DNA of 13,283 bases from a virus (taxonomy: Duplodnaviria > Heunggongvirae > Uroviricota > Caudoviricetes), in IMG/VR virus record IMGVR_UViG_2695420646_000004; one strand, given 5' to 3'. Each line of letters begins with the position of its first letter. Position 1 is the first letter of the stretch. The notes under the pieces are model-generated. The model saw nothing but the letters and a program-made list of their open reading frames with translations, made no database searches and was not told the DNA's origin. Of the stretch, positions 1 to 5,621 are shown in pieces. The translations under genes were made by a program, and so were the position numbers.

Positions 1-870
1 CCGGCAGAAGATCCGGATATTCCGGCATCAGGATATTACGGTGCGGCATCGAGAACGAATGGAAACCAGGTATCATCAAACCGCCCGACACATTTCAGTT
101 CATGGGCGCGCAGGAGCATTATTCCGGATCGTATGGCAACCGCTATTCTGAACGCAGCCGGGCGCACCTCAGCTTTCATCAGTGGTAAGGCACCGGAAAT
201 CAAACCCTCGCCCGGCGGCAACACGCCATCGGGGCCGTCTGAAGATGCATCCGTACGCACAATCTCCCTGTTGCCGACAGCCGGAGAGGCTGCTGCGCAG
301 GGCTGGACCATTAAGGACGGCGGAATTCAGTTGTCGGGTGGTGTATTTAAGATCGCCAAGCAGAGCAATAAAACCTGGTCCCTGATGCATCCGGTGGATG
401 ACGCAGTCTCCCTGCTGACACGGGGTGGCAGACTGAGCTGTAAGTTTCGACTGTCAGGCGCACTGGCCAACAACCAGTTCGGCCTGGGAATTTATCTGTA
501 TACCGATGTAGCGTTACCTGACGTCGTGGCGATGACCGGGACTGGTAACCCGTTCCTGATGTCGTTCTTCACCCAGACCACAGACGGCAAACTGAATCTG
601 ATGCATCACAAGAAAGCAGGAAACACAAAGTTGGGCGAGTTCGGGAATTACAGTAATGACTGGCAGACGCTGGAACTGGTGTTCACCGCCGGCAGTGCCA
701 CGGTTACTCCGAAACTGAATGGAGTGGCTGGCCCGGCATTCCAGGTCATAAAAGACAGTCTGACACTGGGGCTGAATGCGCTGACGCTGACGGATATTAC
801 CAAAAATGCAGCGTATGGCGTTGAGATAGAAAGTCTGGTGCTGGAGATAAATGCACCGGCATCATCATAA
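1..870 (+). CDS. 5'-truncated CDS, C-terminal part of a larger late-operon protein of unknown function; beta-rich, lectin-like composition. Cargo such as NanS-p-type esterases sits at this position upstream of the holin in lambdoid prophages, but identity is not established
   Basis: Frame 1 is open from base 1 to the TAA at 868-870. The first in-frame ATG (133) lies 16 nt from the nearest AGGAG, so the gene most likely starts upstream of the window. Protein-like composition. Confidence 0.55.
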   Translation, partial: PAEDPDIPASGYYGAASRTNGNQVSSNRPTHFSSWARRSIIPDRMATAILNAAGRTSAFISGKAPEIKPSPGGNTPSGPSEDASVRTISLLPTAGEAAAQGWTIKDGGIQLSGGVFKIAKQSNKTWSLMHPVDDAVSLLTRGGRLSCKFRLSGALANNQFGLGIYLYTDVALPDVVAMTGTGNPFLMSFFTQTTDGKLNLMHHKKAGNTKLGEFGNYSNDWQTLELVFTAGSATVTPKLNGVAGPAFQVIKDSLTLGLNALTLTDITKNAAYGVEIESLVLEINAPASS

Positions 871-1019
871 AAAGTGAGCCAGTCAAATGGAAGGTATCGT
901 TAAACTCACCGGTAGTGTCAGTGGGTCGTCTGAGATGCCTGCATGAGTTATCAGAGCCATCAGTACTTAACTGGTGGCTTTTTTATTGTTGTCAGCTTCC
1001 GGATAACGGGAGACGGGGT

Positions 1020-1235
1020 ATGTACCAGATGGAAAAAATCACAACAGGTGTGTCATACACCACGTCAGCGGTGGGAACGGGCTACTGGTTCCTGCAGTTG
1101 CTGGACAGGGTTTCCCCGTCTCAGTGGGCGGCAATAGGCGTGCTGGGGAGTCTGCTGTTTGGGCTGCTGACATATCTGACTAACCTGTATTTCAAAATCA
1201 GAGAGGACCGTCGTAAGGCTGCACGGGGAGAGTAA
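1020..1235 (+). CDS. Pinholin, phage 21 S21-like class II holin
   Basis: Translation [71 protein letters not shown] closely matches the remembered S21 pinholin, including the C-terminal [22 protein letters not shown]. Two in-frame ATGs (1020, 1029) mirror the S21 dual-start motif; GGGAGA/GGGG Shine-Dalgarno upstream. The ORF-track start at 915 is probably too far upstream. Confidence 0.85.
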   Translation: MYQMEKITTGVSYTTSAVGTGYWFLQLLDRVSPSQWAAIGVLGSLLFGLLTYLTNLYFKIREDRRKAARGE

Positions 1236-1239
1236 TTCA

Positions 1240-1590
1240 ATGACTCAAAACTATGAACTGATTGTGAAAGGGATCCGCAATTTTGAGAATAAAGTTACGG
1301 TAACTTTAGCGTTACGGGACAAAAAACGCTTTGACGGTGAAATTTTTGACCTGGACATCTCGCTGGACCGTGTTGAAGGTGCCACGCTGGAGTTTTATGA
1401 GGCAGCAGCCAGAAGGAGCATCAGACAGGTCTTCCTGGATGTTGCTGCCGGGTTATGTGAAGGGGATGAGCAGTCGCCGGAAAAGCGCCCCGTAATTTTA
1501 GAGGCGCAGAATGTATGGATAACCTACAAAGGAAAGCTACCGGGAATAATTACTGGTTCTCTGAAGACTCCTCCGGAATCACAACCTTAA
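1240..1590 (+). CDS. Small protein of unknown function, YdfR-like (DUF1327-type as recalled from the Qin prophage), inserted between holin and endolysin
   Basis: 116-aa ORF with GGAGAG Shine-Dalgarno 8 nt upstream of the ATG; begins 5 nt after the pinholin stop. The holin - small ORF - lysozyme arrangement matches essQ-ydfR-rrrQ as remembered; family name from memory, not searched. Confidence 0.6.
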   Translation: MTQNYELIVKGIRNFENKVTVTLALRDKKRFDGEIFDLDISLDRVEGATLEFYEAAARRSIRQVFLDVAAGLCEGDEQSPEKRPVILEAQNVWITYKGKLPGIITGSLKTPPESQP

Positions 1591-1653
1591 GTCACTGACC
1601 GGAACAGATAAACCTGTCCGTGGGCAGAAACCGATAAATCCTGATAAATATCC

Positions 1654-2187
1654 ATGAACACCAAAATCAAATACGGCCTGTCGGCTGCCGTTCTGGCGCT
1701 GATTGCCGCTGGTGCGCCTGCGCCTGACATTCTCGACCAGTTTCTGGATGAAAAGGAAGGTAACCACACCACGGCATACCGTGATGGCGCGGGTATCTGG
1801 ACCATCTGCCGCGGTGCCATCCTGGTGGATGGCAAACCTGTCGTTCCTGGCATGAAGTTGTCGAAGGAAAAATGCGACCGGGTTAACGCCATTGAGCGTG
1901 ATAAGGCGCTGGCATGGGTGGAGAAAAACATCAGAGTGCCATTGAGTGAACCCCAGAAAGCGGGGATCGCGTCATTCTGTCCGTACAACATTGGCCCCGG
2001 TAAGTGTTTTCCGTCGACGTTTTATAAACGAATTAATGCAGGTGATCGCAGGGGAGCGTGTGAGGCGATTCGCTGGTGGATTAAGGACGGTGGCAGGGAC
2101 TGCCGTATTCGCTCAAATAACTGTTACGGTCAGGTATCCCGTCGTGACCAGGAGAGCGCGCTGGCGTGCTGGGGAATCGACAGATAA
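1654..2187 (+). CDS. SAR endolysin (phage lysozyme, T4/P1/phage-21 R21 type, glycoside hydrolase family 24)
   Basis: N-terminal weakly hydrophobic Gly/Ala-rich signal-anchor-release segment (YGLSAAVLALIAAGAPA) followed by the catalytic E-x8-D-x5-T motif (EGNHTTAYRDGAGIWT). Lies downstream of a pinholin, as expected for SAR endolysins. Confidence 0.9.
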   Translation: MNTKIKYGLSAAVLALIAAGAPAPDILDQFLDEKEGNHTTAYRDGAGIWTICRGAILVDGKPVVPGMKLSKEKCDRVNAIERDKALAWVEKNIRVPLSEPQKAGIASFCPYNIGPGKCFPSTFYKRINAGDRRGACEAIRWWIKDGGRDCRIRSNNCYGQVSRRDQESALACWGIDR

Positions 2188-2281
2188 GCAGAATATTTTG
2201 CTAATAAATGACGTTGGCCAAGGCGGATGGATAACACGAAATCCTGCGAACTGGCAAAATGTAAGTGAATAAAAGTAAAAA

Positions 2282-2316
2282 CCCCGTTTGTTGGCAGCAA
2301 GCGGGGTTTTGTTTTT
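2282..2316 (+). terminator. Rho-independent terminator-like hairpin downstream of the endolysin gene
   Basis: CCCCGTTTG (2282-2290) and CAAGCGGGG (2298-2306) form a 9-bp stem with one G-U pair and a 7-nt loop, followed by TTTTGTTTTT. An A-tract precedes it, so it could act in both directions. Confidence 0.55.
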
Positions 2317-2381
2317 ATGGCAGTAAGCTATGGGAGGCTGCCTTGATTGATTTTAGCAAACTGATTAGGGAGTTGCGACTC

Positions 2382-2477
2382 ATGATTAGTCAATTACCAA
2401 ACTGGAAATTTTTGCTGGTCTGGAGCATCCCTTTTTTATGGGTAGTATCCCAGTTAATTGTGGCAATTAAGGGGTAG
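2382..2477 (+). CDS. Candidate micro-ORF A, 31-aa hydrophobic single-TM peptide (MISQLPNWKFLLVWSIPFLWVVSQLIVAIKG)
   Basis: ATG with AGGGAG about 9 nt upstream; below the ORF-track size cut-off; one predicted transmembrane segment. Coding status unproven. Confidence 0.25.
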   Translation: MISQLPNWKFLLVWSIPFLWVVSQLIVAIKG

Positions 2478-2479
2478 CT

Positions 2480-2611
2480 ATGTCAGACAAACTCATAACG
2501 CCGGCAAAGGTCCTGTGTGTGATTGTCGGTATTTCATTTTCACTAATGCTGGTTGCTCTTTTTCTGTCCTTCGCCTGGGTGATGTTGTCTTCGTCGGGGC
2601 TGCTGGGGTGA
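2480..2611 (+). CDS. Candidate micro-ORF B, 43-aa hydrophobic peptide (MSDKLITPAKVLCVIVGISFSLMLVALFLSFAWVMLSSSGLLG)
   Basis: ATG 2 nt after the stop of ORF A, with AAGGGG Shine-Dalgarno 5 nt upstream; strongly hydrophobic core. Confidence 0.35.
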   Translation: MSDKLITPAKVLCVIVGISFSLMLVALFLSFAWVMLSSSGLLG

Positions 2612-2730
2612 CAGTGACTGATGACATCAGCAGAGCGCTGGCTTTTGCTATTAAGTGGGTGGCTGTTGGTATTGCTGTGTCTCCGATGCTGTATGGGCTG
2701 GCAAAACTGGTCATTGCGCTGAAATCGTGA
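2608..2730 (+). CDS. Candidate micro-ORF C, 40-aa hydrophobic peptide (VTVTDDISRALAFAIKWVAVGIAVSPMLYGLAKLVIALKS), GTG start
   Basis: GTG at 2608 overlaps the TGA of ORF B (GTGA coupling). It is the C-terminal part of the 90-aa ORF-track entry 2458-2730, whose N-terminal part overlaps ORF B out of frame and looks non-coding. Confidence 0.3.
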   Translation: MTVTDDISRALAFAIKWVAVGIAVSPMLYGLAKLVIALKS

Positions 2731-2741
2731 ACTTTAAAAAG

Positions 2742-2828
2742 ATGAGTGCTGAACTTATTCGGGCAATGGCATTTGCCATTCGTATTGTGGCCATTGCTGT
2801 TCTGGTCTGGGCAATCCGTTGGTGGTGA
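2742..2828 (+). CDS. Candidate micro-ORF D, 28-aa hydrophobic peptide ([28 protein letters not shown])
   Basis: ATG at 2742, stop TGA 2826-2828 one base before the Rz ATG; weak Shine-Dalgarno (AAAAAG). Confidence 0.25.
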   Translation: MSAELIRAMAFAIRIVAIAVLVWAIRWW

Positions 2829-2829
2829 T

Positions 2830-3324
2830 ATGAACCGTGTTCTGTGTGTGGTGATTATTGTCCTGCTGGTAGCCTGTGGTGTGCTTAGTCTGGGGCTGAA
2901 TCATTACCGCGATAACGCCATCACCTACAAAGCGCAGCGCGATAAAAAAGTCAGTGAGCTGAAACTGGCGAATGCCACTATTACTGACATGCAGCAGCGC
3001 CAGCGAGATGTCGCTGCGCTTGATGCCAGATACACGAAGGAATTAGCCGATGCGAGAGCTGAAAATGAAACTCTGCGCGCTGATGTTGCCGCTGGTCGTA
3101 AGCGCCTGCGGGTCAACGCCACCTGCCCCGGTACCGTGCGTGAAGCCACCGACACCTCCAGCGTGGATAATGCAACCGGCCCCCGACTGGCAGACACCGC
3201 TGAACGGGATTATTTCATCCTCAGAGAACGGTTGATGACAATGCAGAAGCAGCTGGAAGGGGCGCAGGAATATATCCGCACTCAGTGCACTAAGCTGGCT
3301 TTTTATTATCCGGAGGATACATGA
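2830..3324 (+). CDS. Rz: Rz i-spanin (inner-membrane spanin subunit)
   Basis: Translation from ATG 2830 ([40 protein letters not shown]...[34 protein letters not shown]) aligns along its length with remembered lambda Rz: N-terminal TM, coiled-coil, C-terminal Cys. The ORF-track start at 2746 is an upstream GTG extension judged not real. Confidence 0.9.
   Translation: MNRVLCVVIIVLLVACGVLSLGLNHYRDNAITYKAQRDKKVSELKLANATITDMQQRQRDVAALDARYTKELADARAENETLRADVAAGRKRLRVNATCPGTVREATDTSSVDNATGPRLADTAERDYFILRERLMTMQKQLEGAQEYIRTQCTKLAFYYPEDT
3050..3235 (+). CDS. Rz1: Rz1 o-spanin (outer-membrane lipoprotein spanin subunit), embedded in Rz in the +1 frame
   Basis: [61 protein letters not shown] has a lipobox (VSAC) and proline-rich mature region closely resembling lambda Rz1; AAGGA Shine-Dalgarno 9 nt upstream. 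Confidence 0.85.
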   Translation: MRELKMKLCALMLPLVVSACGSTPPAPVPCVKPPTPPAWIMQPAPDWQTPLNGIISSSENG

Positions 3325-3545
3325 AGAAATTACGGGTAACCGTAGAACCTTTTCAGGGAACAATTCCGTTCCGTATTTTGCAGCGTGGTCGTGTTCTTGT
3401 TGAAGGTTCGTTCAGTGGTAAATGTACGCAATTACACTCCCGGACCTTTCAGGTGAATGCCACGAATGAAGAGCTAACCGTGGAGTGTACGATGAATGCC
3501 GCTAAATGCCGCATGGTATCCGCTGCATTACAGCCAGTGTGTTGA
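3321..3545 (+). CDS. Hypothetical 74-aa protein, translationally coupled to Rz
   Basis: ATG overlaps the Rz stop (ATGA) with GGAGGA Shine-Dalgarno 5 nt upstream. Cysteine-containing, non-hydrophobic, no recognised motif. Confidence 0.5.
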   Translation: MKKLRVTVEPFQGTIPFRILQRGRVLVEGSFSGKCTQLHSRTFQVNATNEELTVECTMNAAKCRMVSAALQPVC

Positions 3546-3901
3546 GCGACCTTATTATCCATGCGCGGTATTGTCGCCGTATTCCTGCATTAACAGAGAC
3601 CGCAGCCCGACAGGGAGACTCCTCTGCGCGAGTGTGCGGGGATAATCAAAAACGATACACACCGGGGTTTACCGCGTTAACGGAGCGCGGCGTTGTCCCC
3701 TCATAGTCGCCTGTCCGGTGCGATGGTGGAAGAAGCCGGATGTTTATCACTATTAATTGATGACACAGAAATGGATTCATTGAATTTCAGCACGTTTTTG
3801 TATTCGTGTTATTGAACATCTGTTTATTTTACTTTTAACATATTGATAATAAAAAGAGCTGTAAATCTTTAGATGAGTCGATTTTGTCCGGGGAAGTTCA
3901 A

Positions 3902-4042
3902 ATGGATTTTATGCTGACGGTTTCTGGTGTGGTTATCCTGTCCATTGCTTATACTGCAGATAAATATGGCTGCCATTTGTTATCACGTATTGGCGCTTAT
4001 TGTTCGTTGATGCTGATTTTCTCGTCGCTTTTTTTTGAGTAA
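3902..4042 (+). CDS. Candidate 46-aa hydrophobic peptide ORF in an AT-rich island (MDFMLTVSGVVILSIAYTADKYGCHLLSRIGAYCSLMLIFSSLFFE)
   Basis: ATG at 3902 preceded by GGGGAAG 7-12 nt upstream; two hydrophobic segments. Lies in a markedly AT-rich stretch (about 3740-4100) with promoter-like TTGATA/TTGAAC hexamers upstream. Below the ORF-track size cut-off. Confidence 0.3.
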   Translation: MDFMLTVSGVVILSIAYTADKYGCHLLSRIGAYCSLMLIFSSLFFE

Positions 4043-4174
4043 GTTATATTAATTATAACAAATAATTTTCTGTGTTATTTTTTCAGGCTATCCCGTCAGA
4101 GGGGAAGCCTGTACTGCCGGGGAGCGAATGGAAAACTGATGTGTCCGGTAACTGCGTGTTCTGTGAACACCATG

Positions 4175-4360
4175 TTACTTAATTATGTAATTCATACCCG
4201 AACTCTCTGTTGACAGCCTTCTTCTGCAGGCTTCAATAACCCACGCTGAAAAGTTACTGGACCCTTTATGCTCAAGGGCGATGTTGATCTGTTCAATCAT
4301 GTGATTGGGGAAACGGATATTGCGGGTTGTGGTTCTGCGGGTCCGGTTTTTCGATGACAT
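4175..4360 (-). CDS. Small ribbon-helix-helix-like DNA-binding protein, YlcI/YnfO-like (DUF3950-type as recalled from DLP12/Qin prophages)
   Basis: Minus-strand ORF; preferred start is the internal Met (MSSKNRTRRTTTRNIRFPNHMIEQINIALEHKGSSNFSAWVIEACRRRLSTESSGMNYIIK) with AAGGAA Shine-Dalgarno 7 nt upstream. Basic N-terminus followed by an Arc/CopG-like strand-helix-helix pattern. Family assignment from memory, not searched. Confidence 0.55.
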   Translation of the reverse strand: MSSKNRTRRTTTRNIRFPNHMIEQINIALEHKGSSNFSAWVIEACRRRLSTESSGMNYIIK

Positions 4361-4401
4361 ATTTATTTCCTTTACTGATTGCCATATGACGGGGATTTTA
4401 C

Positions 4402-4767
4402 ATGGCTGAGCTTCGTACACTCCAGAGCAGAATCAAAACTCTGAACACCCGACGGGTGAATATTCTGAAGGGGGAACAGCGTCGTGTCAGTGGCAGTGCA
4501 CGTGTTTCCCTCAAGCGTCATATCTGGCTCAGGGATGCCGGGCAGTGCTGTCTCTGTGGTCGTGTGGTTGACCTCTGTGACAGTGAACTCGATCACCGCA
4601 TTGCACTTCAGTTCGGTGGTGGTAATGAGGAGACGAATCTCTGGACGCTCTGTACCGAATGCCATCGCCAGAAGTCAGTCAGTGAAACGGCGAGTGGTAT
4701 GCCGGACCCGACGCTGCCGGAGGTGTCCGGAGGTCATGGCAGGGCAGACGATATCATCGGACTGTGA
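4402..4767 (+). CDS. HNH endonuclease, phage packaging-associated
   Basis: HNH motif with zinc-binding cysteines (QCCLCGRVVDLCDSELDHRIALQFGGGNEETNLWTLCTECHRQKS). Position immediately upstream of the terminase small subunit is typical of HK97-like cos packaging modules. Confidence 0.85.
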   Translation: MAELRTLQSRIKTLNTRRVNILKGEQRRVSGSARVSLKRHIWLRDAGQCCLCGRVVDLCDSELDHRIALQFGGGNEETNLWTLCTECHRQKSVSETASGMPDPTLPEVSGGHGRADDIIGL

Positions 4768-4857
4768 TCCGCCCCGGGGGGGGGATCATCCGGCGAAAAA
4801 AACGATCGCCACGGACACCGCCCCCCGTCTCATGCAGAGAAAAAATTCCTGTTTCAG

Positions 4858-4987
4858 GCCAGTTAACATGTTAACTGGCTGCCCGGGCATTTTTTCGGTT
4901 TTTATCTTTATTATTCAGTTTGTTGTGCGAAAAAAATGTTAACTGGCTTTTTCAGCAAATGTTAACCAGGCAGCAGTTAACATTTGC
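4858..4987. repeat. Cluster of GTTAAC-centred palindromes and inverted repeats between the HNH and terminase small-subunit genes; candidate cos/terminase recognition or operator sites
   Basis: Perfect 22-bp palindrome GCCAGTTAACATGTTAACTGGC (4858-4879); half-site ATGTTAACTGGC (4936-4947); inverted repeat GCAAATGTTAAC (4955-4966) / GTTAACATTTGC (4976-4987) with a 9-bp spacer. Confidence 0.5.
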
Positions 4988-5057
4988 GGCATGAGACGCC
5001 GGGAAAAATGGGCTGAACCATACCCGGCTGAGTGCGTTATGGACCCGGGAGGAGGCT

Positions 5058-5621
5058 GTGCTGACAACGCAAAAACGAAAATTTGCGCTGGCGCTCATGT
5101 CCGGGAAAAACAAAACAGCGTCAGCCATTGCCGCCGGTTATTCGGCGAAGACCGCCAGGGTTAAAGGCTCGCAGCTGGCAAAAGATCCGGAGGTGCTCGC
5201 GTTTATAGCCCGTAAACAGTGCGAAACGGTGGAGATGGATGAGGTTCCTGTTTACCGGCAGAAAAAATCAGAGCAGGAGGATAAACCCCGTCGCCGTGAG
5301 GTGGCTGCAATACCACAGCCGGACGAAAACAATCCGGAGATGCCTCCGCCCGCGGTGATATCTCATGGTATTGAATATATGGAGGATGGTCTTCCCGATC
5401 CGGTGAAAGCTATGGGGCAGATCCTGGTGGAAAACCTGATAATTGACCCGAAACTGGCACTGGATGCGGCCTGGCGACTGGCGCAGTTCACACACCATAA
5501 AAAAGGCGATGCCGGTAAAAAATCGGCAAAAGGTGATGCCGCGAAAAAAGCGGCTAACCGTTTTGCGGTGCCACCACCTCCCCGACTGGTGGTGAATAAC
5601 CAGAATGAGGAAAGCGGATGA
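5058..5621 (+). CDS. Terminase small subunit (Terminase_2-type N-terminal HTH)
   Basis: N-terminal LTTQKRKFALALMSGKNKTASAIAAGYSAKTARVKGSQL matches the small-terminase DNA-binding motif (LTxKQxxF...AGYSxKTA); GTG start with GGGAGGAGG Shine-Dalgarno; 3' end overlaps the TerL start (ATGA). Confidence 0.8.
   Translation: MLTTQKRKFALALMSGKNKTASAIAAGYSAKTARVKGSQLAKDPEVLAFIARKQCETVEMDEVPVYRQKKSEQEDKPRRREVAAIPQPDENNPEMPPPAVISHGIEYMEDGLPDPVKAMGQILVENLIIDPKLALDAAWRLAQFTHHKKGDAGKKSAKGDAAKKAANRFAVPPPPRLVVNNQNEESG

Noticed and set aside
1946-2477. 108-aa and 70-aa + strand ORFs overlapping the endolysin 3' end and the terminator
   Set aside because: The first is an alternative frame of the endolysin gene; the second runs straight through the terminator hairpin. 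Only its last 31 codons (micro-ORF A) were kept, as a low-confidence candidate.
2458-2730. 90-aa ORF-track entry spanning micro-ORFs B and C
   Set aside because: Its N-terminal two-thirds overlap the better-supported ORF B out of frame and look non-coding; only the C-terminal 40 codons from GTG 2608 were kept, as a low-confidence candidate.
2746-3324. 192-aa ORF-track version of Rz starting at GTG 2746
   Set aside because: The N-terminal extension has no counterpart in lambda Rz. ATG 2830 with its own Shine-Dalgarno gives a protein that aligns from Met1 with remembered Rz, so the extension is read-through of the open frame.
3546-3720. Possible structured ncRNA or small gene in the non-coding stretch after the 74-aa ORF (includes the 66-aa ORF 3506-3706)
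   Set aside because: Only short, imperfect inverted repeats were seen and no terminator; the 66-aa ORF is Arg-rich with no Shine-Dalgarno. Not enough to call by eye; left unannotated.
4484-4942. 152-aa + strand ORF overlapping the HNH gene and the palindrome region
   Set aside because: Alternative frame of the HNH gene continuing into repeat-rich intergenic DNA; Ser/Val/Arg-rich low-complexity translation; no ribosome-binding site.
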